A stretch of DNA of 64,000 bases from Schmidtea polychroa (taxonomy: Eukaryota), in the NCBI GenBank assembly GCA_044892525.1, contig CM097888.1, positions 56,358,001 through 56,422,000 of the forward strand, written 5' to 3'. A program made the translations under genes and the position numbers. This document shows positions 30,955 through 44,439 of the stretch, one piece after another (the first letter of the stretch is position 1; every line of letters begins with the position of its first letter). A model generated the notes under the pieces. That model made no database searches. It worked only from the letters and a program-made list of their open reading frames with translations, and was not told the origin of the DNA.

Positions 30955-32639
30955 GCCATGACCAAGAAAATTCCTATAATTAATCTCCAATTTCTTGAAT
31001 ACCAGAAGAAGGCACATTTCATCAAATTTAGAATTAGAAAATATTCTCAGTAAAAACAATCTGTAATTCAGGCACATCTCAAAAACTAGCTCAAAAAACC
31101 TTAAACAGAGAAATTATGTAATTTCTTCATATTTCTATCCCAAAAAAAAAATTAATTCATCTATTTTTAATTTTTATTAGATTAATTTTTGTTTGATTAT
31201 TTAGTAAAAATTAATTTTTTAATTAAAATCAAAAGTTAATGTTTATTATTTCATTTATTATTTTCATTATTATTTCCATTAACAACACGGAATAATTTTA
31301 TTATTAATAAATTTAAAATTAAAATAAATATAATTTGCCAAATAAAAAATCAGTTAAAACTTTTTTCTTCACACTTTATCTTTTTCTATTTCACTTCTCT
31401 TCATTTTTTATGCAGCTATCTATCATTATTAGGTTTACTTTTACATCAAATACAGAAATTTCAAAATTTGGTTTGAACTTGATTTTAGTTCAGAAAATAT
31501 TTTGTTTTAATAATAATTAAACTCTTAATATTTTAATTTTTATTGAATCGTGACAAAAACGAAATTAATTGTAAAACTTTTTAACGTTTTTATCTTTTCA
31601 AAAATTGAGTTAAATATAAAGTTAAAAGGCACAAGTGTAAATTTTAAACATCGTCAAAAATCATAAATGTGTTCATAAAAACAGGAAACAATAACTTAGT
31701 CCTCCTAATGATTCAAATTAATAAGTTAATTAAAATATTTTTGGACGCTTATAAAATAAATAATTTTTGGAAACTTGTTATTCTTTTTACACTATAGTCA
31801 GGGTTATTCAATTAGCGGCCCGCGAAGGCCTAGTAACTGGCCTGTGAACCATTGCCAAAATTTTAAGTATTTTTTTAAATTCATGTTTGTGAATTATTAG
31901 AATTATAAATATTTGAATTTTATATTCTATAGTTTAAATTGTAAATTTTTAATTCACTTTTAAACGCTTCTAAAATTCACCATTGCTCATGTATCATTTA
32001 ACAAAAATTATTGGATGTGCTCATCAGTCCACCTCCCCAAACTCCTCCTCCGAGCATCTGGGCCATCACCATCTCCAGATTTCTCTAGTATGGACCTTGA
32101 CTAAATCTAATTGAATAGCCCAGGAGTGTCAAAGGCCTGGCCCATGGGCCAAATCTGGCCATCCGACTTGTCTTTTTTGGCCCGCCTCCCTGTACGGAAA
32201 TTGTAAAAAAATTTAACATTAATTACGACTATTACGTTCAGAAATGGAGCAGCCGCAACGGCAAACATTTGACACTAAACTTCAAAATTTGGTCAATGCA
32301 AAATCCCTTCAAGTATTTTACTGTACACATAAAGGTGAGGCTAAAGACAAAATATCAATTACAAAATTTTTAATTTTGCAAATTTGAAAATAAATAAGGA
32401 ATTTAATTTTATTAGGTAAATATTTGCATGATCAATTTGCATGTAATCTTTCAATACTTTCTAATTCGTTATGTGAACCGATAATATTGTGATGTTGCAA
32501 CAGGAACCGAAGCTCGGACCTTGCATATGATCTATCAAAATGAGCCCAGGACCAAAATATGTGACATAATGATGTATTAGTCAAATTAATGAGTTTAAAG
32601 AGAAAATACTGTGATCATAAAAATTATAAAAATCTGCAA

Positions 32640-33570
32640 ATTACAAGTCAGCCACTGGACAATATAATGCTACATAAAGACCCTCAATATCAAGCACAAA
32701 AACATTCAATACTTTCATCCAAGCCGTCACTTTATGGATAGTATAGAGAAGTGACAGGTTTCTCATTATATTACAGTACCGATAACACATGAGTCTGATG
32801 GATGGGACAGGGAATTATCAACAATTAATAGGGCTTTTTTACTTTTGGTATGAACTCAAAAATAAACCATTCTCAAAACAAATCACAATTCATTCATGAT
32901 GAATTTTGAGAACGAAAATAAACTGGAAGACTTTTCACATAAAAGATTTTGAAACCTCGTGGTTTTTCTGACGACAAACGATGCAGTTTATGTTTTCAAG
33001 ACCCATTCGAATATAAACTTACGGGTATTCTTTCTTTATTTACTTGATATCCGGAAGGCTTACGTTTTGAGGTTGGTACTAGCGTATAATTTGGCAGCAT
33101 TTTAGAATGAATTCCAACTTCATCGATAATATATATGACTCAGTATATTTATCCCTTTCAACAGCTTCTTTAAACTCATTAACAAATCAACTTGCTGAAT
33201 TTTAATTAGCAGAAAGTTTCCACCTAAAATGCGTTCATTATTGACACCATGCCTTTCTTCCATCTATCAAACTACCACTTACAAAAATTTACTTTCTATT
33301 AATAATTCTTTGTGGAATTTTGTTCCTTCAAAAGTACACCATTGATTGGAAATCCAACGACCTATCTGCATATATATAAAACAATATCTAGTTCAGAATA
33401 TCTTGGCTTTCTTGTTGTGAATCTGTTAACTAGCGCTGGTTTAGAATCTGTCATTTTAAGAAAATCTTCAACTTTCGCAAATGGTATATCTTCCTACACC
33501 ATACTCTTGGCACAAAATGTTCATCGACTCCTTATTCTACATGTAATTTTTCTTCAATTGTAATAAGTGT
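32640..33570 (-). mobile_element. Decayed pogo/Tigger transposase
   Basis: Minus-strand fragments ERHGV (CENP-B-type HTH end), IDEVGIHSKMLPNYTL, NKERIPV...KPRGFK and KALLIVDNS correspond to pogo DDE_1 motifs, with stops and frameshifts. Confidence 0.72.
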
Positions 33571-33899
33571 TTTTTTTCTTTTTTTGATTTAAAAGAGTAA
33601 ACCTAAAGAAAATTTTAAATGGTCAAGAGATATTACTTTTTTAATCAATCTTGATGAATTTATTTTATTGATATAAATCAATCAATAAATAGTTGATATA
33701 AACAACTGTACTTTGTACAAAAGTATATTATATATTTAATCTTATAGTTTTGGAAAATACATTTTTAGGGGGCTGAGTTCAAATGTAAGTTTAAAAATTT
33801 AGATTTTTTCCGATAAACAGAAGTTCGGTTAGTAAAAATCCGGATAAACGGGACATTATTGTATATAATTAAAAAATAATCAATAATTTTAAGTATATA

Positions 33900-34079
33900 C
33901 TCCCTCCTTTCCAAAAAAAATTAAAACCATCGTAAAATCGCCCTTCAAATATTCTATCATCGTATCATTATATGGTATATGGTATATGGTATACCTAATA
34001 TAGATTATCCTTTGAAATCGGACAGTTTTTTCATCCATCTTTTTGCAAAATCGGACAGTTTTTGTTGGAACGGAAGGAG
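33900..34079. mobile_element. Stowaway-like mariner MITE
   Basis: Termini CTCCCTCCTTTCCAA ... TTGGAACGGAAGGAG with TA on both sides. Confidence 0.75.
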
Positions 34080-35049
34080 TATTTAATTCTTTTTTGCCGT
34101 TCTTAAATAGATCCTTTATCTATTCAGATTATCTGATATGACTCAGTAACTGTTCTACTCTGTGATAGTTCTTAATCCTTCCATTTAAATAATTGGCATA
34201 CTGACACTTTTTACATGACTGAATTATTGTATTTATTATTTTACTCATACATGACCGGTAATATTTATATAATAATTAAATATATTAAGAAATATTTAGT
34301 TTATGAAAAATCAAATCTATATTACTTACAAATTTAATGATTTGGTCTGGCTAGTGAAAATGCAGGACACCCTCATGTTTTACTCATTATTGGCATGTTA
34401 ATAATATTTTTAACTAAGAGGCAATTTCGAATTTCGTCCCATAATGTTCCTCTTAAAATAAAGTCCTTCAAAAGTCTCGATTTATTTTAAATGAACTTTT
34501 GACAGATTTGTTTTAATATTTAAGCTTATGTATATTAACTGCAAAGATTTATCAACTCCCGATTTTCAAGTCATTTACCATAATTTATTTATCATTTATT
34601 TAGTTTAGTTCATCTTGAAATGAAACCTTCAATGTCCAGTAATATACTCGAATGCTTGCAATTAAAGAAAGGTAAAAGAAAAAAGAAAAGAAAAAGTAAT
34701 TTTATTACTATAAATATTTATTGTTGTTTTATTGCTGCTCGAAAGAGATTAACGAAATCCTTAAAGTTCCGTAAGAATTCACTAAGCTGCAATGATATAT
34801 AAATGTTTATGGTAAATGTGATTAATCTTAGTGAAATCAAATTTAATTCTGATAAAATTTTTACTTTGACATTTGAACCAAAACTTGGTAAAAAACCTCT
34901 TATTGATGACCCACGTTTTTGAGCCTATATGGAGGCAAACCTTTGATTATTATTCAATTTTTCATTTAGGAAATTATTAATAAAGACAGGTTTAAACAAG
35001 TTTTACACTTAAATTTCTGTTGAATATCTTATTAAAAATAATATACAAA

Positions 35050-35430
35050 GGTAAAAAAAATTCGTTAAGGTATGATAACTTGATAAAGGTAATTGGTCTT
35101 GTAAAGGTGAATGGAGTTGTTTTGCTTTAATACACTGTACCAGATATTATGAATGCGGTGATTCTTTTGCGTTTATTGATTTTATAACTAAATGCAAAAT
35201 ATCATTTTTATTTATTTTTAATGATAATTGGTACCAAAGATAGATCTGCTATAGGGAGATCTCTATTAGCTTTGAAATTAGATGTTGATATTTAAAAATG
35301 ATTGAAATTATTTCTTTGAAAACTTTATTCAACATAATGGAAAAAGAAATGATTTCTCTTCTTACATTTTTGGATTTGTTGATAGAAAGAAATTTGTAGG
35401 GTTCTGAAATGGAAATATATGGGCTTGTAC
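35050..35430 (+). mobile_element. Highly decayed Penelope-like reverse transcriptase fragment
   Basis: Frameshifted pieces FNDNWYQ..GSAIGRSL (compare Y.Q..G.AMGSP) and LTFLDLLI (compare LPFLDV.I). Confidence 0.5.
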
Positions 35431-36704
35431 ACTCCTCACAACAGGTTCTGTGATTTTTATTATAATAGAAATATGACTAAGGGTTCGATATTTTGATCAT
35501 GGACATTAACTTAAACCTTTGAAAAAGTAATAAACATTTATCGAAGTTCGTTTCCCTTTTGAATCAAAATTCGTGTCCGAAATTTTTTTGAGAGATTATT
35601 TTAAAAAATCTGAAGCTTAAAGAAATATTTAATAATTTACAATTAAAAATTTATTAATTGCTTTATAATAGTCAAACTTCATTTTGTATATTTTATTGTA
35701 TTTTTTTTATTCAGAATTTAATTGCCACCAAGAAGAATTATTAATATTATAGAAGTTATCCAAACAATTCTTATTCTCAATTATTTGTCATTGTATGTAA
35801 ATAGAAAATGAAATTTATTTTTGATTTTTTAGCTAATGAATTAAAACAAAATAAAGTTTAGAACATTTCAAAGAGAAAAAAGAATTATTGTGATTATTTA
35901 ATTATTATATGTTTATTGTAATTTTTTATATACAATTCTTTAAACCAAAATTGTTTCTCTTCGAAATTATTTTGAAGAACTTTATTGGTTTAACTCTACT
36001 GCTTCACTTGACAGGCTGAAATTGAACAAAATCAAAGTGATTCTAAACGAAGTATTGTCGTTACCGAAAATATAGATACTTTCATTTTCATATTTCTTGA
36101 TTCTTTCTTATTTCTAACTCTAAATGAAAGGAATCACTTCATGGGTAAATACTTAATTTTATTTTTCACAATCAGTTATTCCTGGAGTACTGTGTCATCG
36201 AAAAAATTGCCAATTAAAAACCCTTCTACTGAATTTTTTAACTGTTGAAGCTGATATCCGTAAATTTTCTTCTATTGGGCAAATGATGTTTAAGTCTTNN
36301 NNNNNNNNNNNNNNNNNNNNNNNNNNNNNNNNNNNNNNNNNNNNNNNNNNNNNNNNNNNNNNNNNNNNNNNNNNNNNNNNNNNNNNNNNNNNNNNNNNNN
36401 NNNNNNNNNNNNNNNNNNNNNNNNNNNNNNNNNNNNNNNNNNNNNNNNNNNNNNNNNNNNNNNNNNNNNNNNNNNNNNNNNNNNNNNNNNNNNNNNNTTT
36501 ATTCGAGCAACACGAAACAGATTATAAAACAAAAGAACATGTATTATTTTTTGTTAATCAAAATGAATAATTTAAGAAAATAATAAATATTATCATTTGT
36601 TTGAACGATTTAGAATGATAAAATCTTAGACTATCAATATCAGAAAAAATTTCAATAATTTCCAATTTACTTCAGAGTCACGCGAGATGTAAATTATAAA
36701 GAAA

Positions 36705-37535
36705 TCACGAAATCGGACACGAAACCGGGGAATTTTTCAAAGATTTTGAGCTCTTATTTTTTTCAATGCCTGAACTTATATTGTTTTCCACAACAGAATC
36801 AGTAGACTTACTTAACGATAACTGCAACCAAGCCACGCCCAATGTGGATAAATCGCTGTCTTTTGTTGAGCTTACTCTTAACGATTCTGAAACTCGATTT
36901 CGCTCAATTTTCACCGACGGAATGATAATGGCATCGCTACAACGACGCAAAGATTGTGCCAAAGTGAAATAGTCATGTTTCGGAGACAATTCTCTATTCA
37001 TACTATGTCTATATTTTTGATACCAGAGGCTTTTGAATATGTTTTCGATTCCGATGTTGTCTTTTGCTGATGTATTGATGAACTTTTCTTCATTGATATT
37101 TCGATAATGAAGCCATTTATCAATTGTCTCCTGTGAAATTTTTCTTTGATCCAAGCAATCTATTTTATTAGCAACAACCATTAGTGGGCTGTAGATATGG
37201 AAATCCTTTCCCCTTTCGCTTGCAATTTGTGTAAAAACATTGTCTAAATAATTTAAAGAATTATTATCGGTCACTGACATTACAAGAATGAAAGCTTGGG
37301 CTTTATGGATGTAAATGTTCCACATGGCAGGAAATTCATAAAGGCTTCCTGTGTCAATGAATTGCACATGGTATTCAATACCATTGGTGATAAATTGACG
37401 GTTAGTCACGTCTTCAATTGTAGGATTGTAGGATGTTGGAAACGACTGCCAAAGGAAGCTACTAAGGATAGAAGTTTTTCCAGACTTTCCACTTCCAAAT
37501 ATAACAACAGTTATCACATCTTTATGTGTCGACAT
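36705..37535 (-). CDS. Atypical Ras-family small GTPase, DIRAS/Rhes(RASD)-like, single exon, CAAX-terminated (276 aa)
   Basis: First ATG at 37535 (the track uses an upstream TTG). Motifs: G1 GSGKSGKT, G2 YNPTIED, G3 region DTGSLYEFPAM (the FPAM signature of DIRAS/RASD), G4 NKID, G5 TSAK, C-terminal CPIS. Confidence 0.88.
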   Translation of the reverse strand: MSTHKDVITVVIFGSGKSGKTSILSSFLWQSFPTSYNPTIEDVTNRQFITNGIEYHVQFIDTGSLYEFPAMWNIYIHKAQAFILVMSVTDNNSLNYLDNVFTQIASERGKDFHIYSPLMVVANKIDCLDQRKISQETIDKWLHYRNINEEKFINTSAKDNIGIENIFKSLWYQKYRHSMNRELSPKHDYFTLAQSLRRCSDAIIIPSVKIERNRVSESLRVSSTKDSDLSTLGVAWLQLSLSKSTDSVVENNISSGIEKNKSSKSLKNSPVSCPIS

Positions 37536-39829
37536 GAATGTCTGTCTGAAATACAATACTAGTAAGGTTACAAAAAATTATTTGTAGAAGATTAAACACA
37601 GAAAAAATATATAATTAAATAAAGACATTAAAATGTTGTTATGATCATAAATCAGTAAAATTTGGTAAACTAAAATGGCAACTGGAATAAATCATTAGAA
37701 CTTCAAATGCTGATAATTCAAAGATAGATTTGTGTATAAAGGTTATTTTCAGGTTTCGAAAAATCAAAGTTATATATTCAGAAGCGATTTAGTGGAGCAA
37801 GGTGACAATTAAAATTAATTACAAGTTATTATTCGGATATATTGTAACTATTGTAACTACTCATTTAATGTATATTATCNNNNNNNNNNNNNNNNNNNNN
37901 NNNNNNNNNNNNNNNNNNNNNNNNNNNNNNNNNNNNNNNNNNNNNNNNNNNNNNNNNNNNNNNNNNNNNNNNNNNNNNNNNNNNNNNNNNNNNNNNNNNN
38001 NNNNNNNNNNNNNNNNNNNNNNNNNNNNNNNNNNNNNNNNNNNNNNNNNNNNAAAACCTATGAGTGACATACTGTATGATGCAGTGTACGTCATAAAATA
38101 TTTAAAATAATTACTAAATAGGTTGTAGAAATAAAATTAAAAAGTTATATTTCCGAAAACTGTATGCGCGTATGTTTTAAGAATTTTAACCAATCAAAAT
38201 AAGAGAAGAATAAACCTTTAACATTTCTGTAAAAATGTTAACCATCCAGTGCCTAATTAATTTTCTTTATCCAATAAATTTGAGGACAAGCCGATGTCTA
38301 AGTAGATATAAGTAGACTTAAATGGTATAATTGTTCCTTATATAGTCACCCGAGACGAGCAGAGATATTGCATTTTTAAGAAAATATATACGGCTCGCCT
38401 CAACATGATATTGGAAACTACAGGGTTAAGTTAATATGGTATATTGGTTCACGAATAAAAGGTATTATCCCAAAAAGACTAAAACAAAAAGGCTCAATAA
38501 AAATAAAAATCTATTTTTAATTTCTACCTTTTCTTCTATTTTATTTTTATTGAACTCTTGATTTTGCCCTTTTTTCAATCATACTTTTCTCTGTCTAAAA
38601 ATGATATAATTCTGAGATTTGTATTAATACATAATAAAAATAAATAATTGTCTTTTCTGTGACATCCTTTATTATTTATTGTTACTGTAAACTATAAACA
38701 TGCTTATATATTCAAATGAATTACAACGTAATTATACTATTTTTATGATTACATTAAAGAATAAATTTTCTCATTTGCCCCATTTATCCGAATGGGAAAT
38801 TTTAATTTAACGTACATTTAAAATATAAGTGAACTAGATTAGAATAAATTATCGCTTTCTAATTTCAACTAGAAAGAATAGAAAATTAGAGTTTCCCAAA
38901 TTTTGTTAGATAGTAATTTCCTAATTCATTGAGAGCTCGCATTGAGAAAATATCAATTAAGAAGGCAGAAAGAATATGAAAATAGAGGAGAATACAGATT
39001 TATTTTAATTTTTTTATAACCTTATTAAAACAATTTTTCAATAATTATTAATTATTATTCATTGATATTATTTTCTTTGAAGAATAAATAAATTTAATAT
39101 TTGATAAATATAGAGTCAAGTTTCGTCAAGGAGTTATCGGAAAAAGGGATTCAATAGGATCGTTGACTAGCCCTTTTAGGATATATTTCAAACGGGGTTC
39201 TGTGGAACTCTGGGGTACTTTGAAAAATAATAATGAGTAACAATGAAAAATAAATGAACTTGAAAAAAAAGACAAAAATAGAAAAATGGTTTCTGAAATA
39301 AATAAATAACATAAAAATGCAACACTTGATGTTATAGCATTAAATGTCGTACCAGTGCCATGTTAATGAATCGAATAATATATTTTATATATGGCATATA
39401 TATTTTATGTCATTTTACAGTTTTGGGCATTTAGTTTCTGACAATATGCAAAACTCTCCTGCTCAGTATCTATGCATGGAAATTTAATAAAATTCAGTTT
39501 GGATAATATTTAGTAGTTTTGGATACATTTACGCAATAAAAATTACACTGATTCTTTATAAAAGCATCCATAAAATAGAATTAAATTAAAAATCAAAAGT
39601 TTGACATCTTGTTTAAAAGTGTTATATTGTTTTTATAAATTGTTTACGTGCAATTAAATTTATTAACAATGGATTTCACTCGTGTATCATTAATTATCTA
39701 TTACTACTAGAAAAAAAGGTTTGACAAATGAAATATCCACAACAAAAATAAACATGACTCTTATTAAAAAGAATGTTAGTCTGAGAACTTGTACTCATTT
39801 GGTCTATAAGCTAAATTTGGGAAACTTTA

Positions 39830-40200
39830 ACGTGACAGATGGAAAACGGAGTGGAAGAGAATATGAAGGCAATCCTAGATGACAATCACCGTAAAACTAG
39901 CAGATAAATCGCTGAGGAGGTTGCGAAGGAAAGGAAGCTGTAAGAAAAAAATTACCTCATATGGGAAAAGGCTACGTTCCCATTGTCTGGATTCCTCATG
40001 ATTTAACAGTTGCAGACTTTTATCTATTTCGCCAATGTAAATGGCATTGTGTGGTAAGAATTTCATCTCTGCTGCTTAAGTACAAAGAGAATTTCAAGTG
40101 TAAATTATTTCAAAACCACTAAAATTCTCCGTAGATGGAATCAACAAGTTTGCACAAAAATGGGAACGTTGTAATGAACATTGCGGTAATTACTTTGAGG
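39830..40200 (+). mobile_element. Mariner transposase remnants
   Basis: KAILDDNHRKTSR*IAEEV (HTH-like) and DGINKFAQKWERCNEHCGNYFE (typical mariner C-terminus). Confidence 0.6.
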
Positions 40201-41280
40201 GATTAGATGTCGATTAAATCTTTGTTGTTGTTTATGGCAGAAACTGTATTTTGATTTATTTTGTTTCGTAAGTAATAAGTTATTTATTGGATTTATTATT
40301 TGTTTTCTTTATGATCTTCAAATTCCGAAATAATAATGAAAGATACTAATAGTGATATATAATAATTAGTATTATTTTAATATTATTTTAATATTATTTT
40401 AAGGGTTCCTTAAGGGCAAAAAGAACGAGAGATCTTGTCTACACTAAGAGATTCTGTGAGTAATTTCCGTGCAAAGATGTTACGAAAAAGTTATGCTTTC
40501 TCATTCATTATTGTTAGTGCTTACTGCTATGCTTACATTTTTATAAAAAAAATTTCTAATTGCAAAAATGTTATTATTTGTTTTAATCAGATCTCTAATA
40601 ATTACACACAAAAACTTTTAAATCAATAATAATCATCGATTTAATTTTATTGATTTAAAATAATTTTATATGTGTGTGTGTCTGATATCTCATTGCATAT
40701 TAAAATTAAAAAAAAACAAATTTAAGTGCAAAAATTAATTTGAAAAATCGGATAATTAATATATCTCGTGGATAAAGGTATGAGAAGCTAACGAAAATTG
40801 ACAAGTTATTACAAATATATACAAACTAATATATTAAATTTTGTTGATGACATTAATAGTTTTAGTAAGAAAACAAAATTGCCAAGCTTGACATGAATAA
40901 CAGCTGGCATTAAAGAGGTGAAAAAATAGTGTTAGATTGTTAAGATGAAAGATTTTTAAAATAATGATTTGCCCTGTAGATGTCGTAATTACTCTTAAAA
41001 GGCAATGGCAACCGATTCCGAGAAAGACTGACAGTGAATATCTTAAAATAAAGTGACTACATTACTGTATCCCATAGTACAAAGCATTTCAAATAGGAAA
41101 ATTTGGTTCAAAATTTCATTGTCAATTTGAATCTTGGGTTTATTTTTATTTAAGCTCATAATAATGAAAATTTGCTGACAAATAAAGATGCTACTAAGAA
41201 TATCTGTATAACGGAGTGCATTATTAAAACAATTGGGAAATTATTCCTTTGATAAACCTTTATAAAATGATATGAAATCA

Positions 41281-41475
41281 TCAATTAGCATTCTGGATAT
41301 CTATTTGCGTCAACGCCATAAACGGATTAACTTTATTCACATCGGTCAAGAAAGGATTAGAACACATAATAATGTCTCCGAGTTCTTCATAAAAATGTTG
41401 GAATCTTCGTGAAAATTCTTCAATAAGTTTGTCCGTTTCATTTACGTGGATGGGCGAAATAATTTTGTTTTTCAA
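41281..41475 (-). mobile_element. hAT (Buster/SPIN-like) transposase fragment
   Basis: KLIEEFSRRFQHF...CSNPF matches the L..EF..RF.DF...NPF motif of this group. Confidence 0.55.
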
Positions 41476-43863
41476 TCATTTCTGGAAAAATGTGGAAAAT
41501 GAAAATAGCTATTAAAATGTATTATATTTATTTTATTATTATATTATATTTTGATAATGCAACAATTAATGTTCAGATTATATTCATTTTGGTTGTAAAA
41601 CGTTTATTGTCTGCCTCTATGACATTTTCAAACGTATTACATTTCTGGTCTTCACTGGAAAAATAAAATTCTTTTTAGGGATCTAGTAAACTATTTTGTC
41701 ACATTAATATCTGCTTAAATAATCAGATTTTTTCAGTTGACTTCATCAAATAATTGGTTTTCTAAAGCCAATGTTGAAATAGTTATTAGTAAAACTATCA
41801 TCTATTTTCTATTTTTTTGGATTACACTGTAATAACCTTATTAGAAGGCACCATATATAATTTTGAAATGGACTCACTTTGGATACTCCTAAAACATTTC
41901 AAGTCCCAAAAAATATTCATGCACCTCTTTCAGTTAAGGCCAATCTCATTTTCCCCTTTCTAGATCTCTGAGTATCGAAATGAATTTCGTTTGACAACNN
42001 NNNNNNNNNNNNNNNNNNNNNNNNNNNNNNNNNNNNNNNNNNNNNNNNNNNNNNNNNNNNNNNNNNNNNNNNNNNNNNNNNNNNNNNNNNNNNNNNNNNN
42101 NNNNNNNNNNNNNNNNNNNNNNNNNNNNNNNNAATAAATAGGGAAAAAATGAAATTGAAAAATTAGAATGAAGTAAGAATTTATTTTAAAAATATATTTA
42201 ATAAAATTTCCCTATCAAACGATCATAAAACAGTCGATTAATGTTTTTCAATGTTTGCTTGGCTTTCCTATTGGAAATACGCATCTTTAATAATAAATGA
42301 AATTACTTTGTCGAATACATTTCTACATCTCATCAAATGAATCAGTAATATCAAACATTTCCCATTGAATGAGATGCGATAAAATAGATAGGGAAAATTG
42401 TAATGCTCCATTATCTCTCTATGGCATAACTTGCAATGATAAATATGATTTAGCAACAGCAAATAATTTGAAATATGATATGATAAATAATTTTTATTTA
42501 TTTTCATCGAGAATATAAATGTCAATTNNNNNNNNNNNNNNNNNNNNNNNNNNNNNNNNNNNNNNNNNNNNNNNNNNNNNNNNNNNNNNNNNNNNNNNNN
42601 NNNNNNNNNNNNNNNNNNNNNNNNNNNNNNNNNNNNNNNNNNNNNNNNNNNNNNNNNNNNNNNNNNNNNNNNNNNNNNNNNNNNNNNNNNNNNNNNNNNN
42701 NNNNNNNNNNNNNNNNNNNNNNNNNNNNNNNNNNNNNNNNNNNNNNNNNNNNNNNNNAGCAGCATTAATTAAATTTAAAACAATTAAATGATAATAAAAG
42801 CCTTGTTCGGTTTCCATTTGTTGTGGTGATAACAATGGAACCTAAAAAATTAATTTAATGATGACTGTTATATTTTATTTTTTGTCAAAAATTTAATGAA
42901 TTTGGAAAATAATTTAATGAATTTGTTAAAAATTTGAGGAATTTATTTGATTAAATATTTCTTGTTTGAATATTGAAGATTTCAGTGAAAGAACTTTAAT
43001 TGTATTTTAAAAAATTTAATTTAGTGTTGAATATAGATTATTTGTTTTTTCAAAAATTACTTGAATTATTTTTATATGAATTCAAATTGAAGTAATTCAA
43101 TGATGATTATTGGTAAAAGAAGTTCTGGGAAAACTCTTTTAATTAAAAGTTTGTTAAAAGATTTGAATAATGATGAAAAATTTCGTCTATCAAGTTAATT
43201 TAAATGGACTTTCACAAATGGAAGATAAATGCACTCTTAAATCCATTGAACCACTCAAAAGTATCTACTCTATCTCTCAATGCTTCATGTTCGATTGACA
43301 GTTTCTCATAAGATTTAACTAAATTACTGACGATTTATAATCCCGCTGGATATTTCAAATATTCACTGATTGGCTATTTCGTTATGTTATCTCCACAGTA
43401 CTCTATGGATAAACATTGTTCAAACGTCATATCTACAAATTCTCTTGAAGTTGAATGGAATTATAATCTATTAACAATCGCCGATAATAATGACAAACAA
43501 AGATTCCTAATAATGCAAAGAGTCTTAATAAACCCACGGATTAGATTACTTCTGAAAAGAAGATCAAAACGTTACAGACAAAGATAATCTAGTAAACGAA
43601 AGAACATTTATGGTTGTATTTCTGACAACAACCTGTTTGTAATCAGTTTGACTACTGAACAGAAAGGAATAAATGAAATTCTTAGATTAACCGATGTTGA
43701 AATTCCAAAAGTACTTGAACCAAAAGGAACATTTGAAATCCAAAACCCCTTTAGCTCAATTCCAATGGAACGACATCCAAACGAAGCCTTTTGCTGCGAA
43801 TATATTTAATACAAATGAAAATATTTTCGACAAAAGGCTCAAATCATTATTTAATTGTTTAAA

Positions 43864-43866
<3 letters not shown>

Positions 43867-43902
<36 letters not shown>
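43867..43902. repeat. (AAT)n microsatellite
   Basis: About 12 AAT units abutting the tail of the family-B repeat. Confidence 0.97.
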
Positions 43903-43903
<1 letters not shown>

Positions 43904-44040
43904 TTATAAGAACTTTTTTTTCAAATTTCACCACTGATTTCTTTTTCATTAACATTGTATTTATTAAAAACTTTGACTATGAATCAGTAAATATAGATGT
44001 TTTTAATTTATCGGTATCCCTTTTAAAATTATTTCATCAA

Positions 44041-44077
44041 ATTCACTTGAAAAAGGCAGTGCCGAAAATTCGTGAAT
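44041..44077 (+). ncRNA. Minimal type I hammerhead ribozyme motif with U3-A8 variant core (family B, best copy)
   Basis: ATTCAC-TTGAAAA-A-GGC-AGT-GCC-GAAA-AT-TC-GTGAAT: perfect 6-bp stem I, 3-bp stem II, GAAA, palindromic AATT stem III and a UC cleavage site. Confidence 0.65.
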
Positions 44078-44439
44078 CACTCCATAAAATTAATATATTA
44101 TACCCTATCACTTTCAATTGATAATAAAGCCATATCAGAAACCATTGGTAGGATTTTTGTAAAAAAAACTATTACATAAACACACAACCACACAGATAAT
44201 AACAAATAAAAGTATAAAATTTCACAAGAATAATTTTTTCCTTACAACGAGTATGTAAACAACGTCTTCTATTTCATGAAAACACGTAATTTTAGACGTT
44301 TTCACATTATTCCGGAATTTGCTCCAAGCTGCTGTTAATCTTGAATTTATATAAGCATCAGATGATGGGTATGATGGTACCATGTGCTACTACTATATTA
44401 TAGATTCGCTTGTTCACTGCAAACACCAAACACCGCTGA

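Noticed and set aside
36766-37562. Plus-strand ORFs 36766-36972 and 37296-37562
   Set aside because: Antisense to the Ras-family gene.
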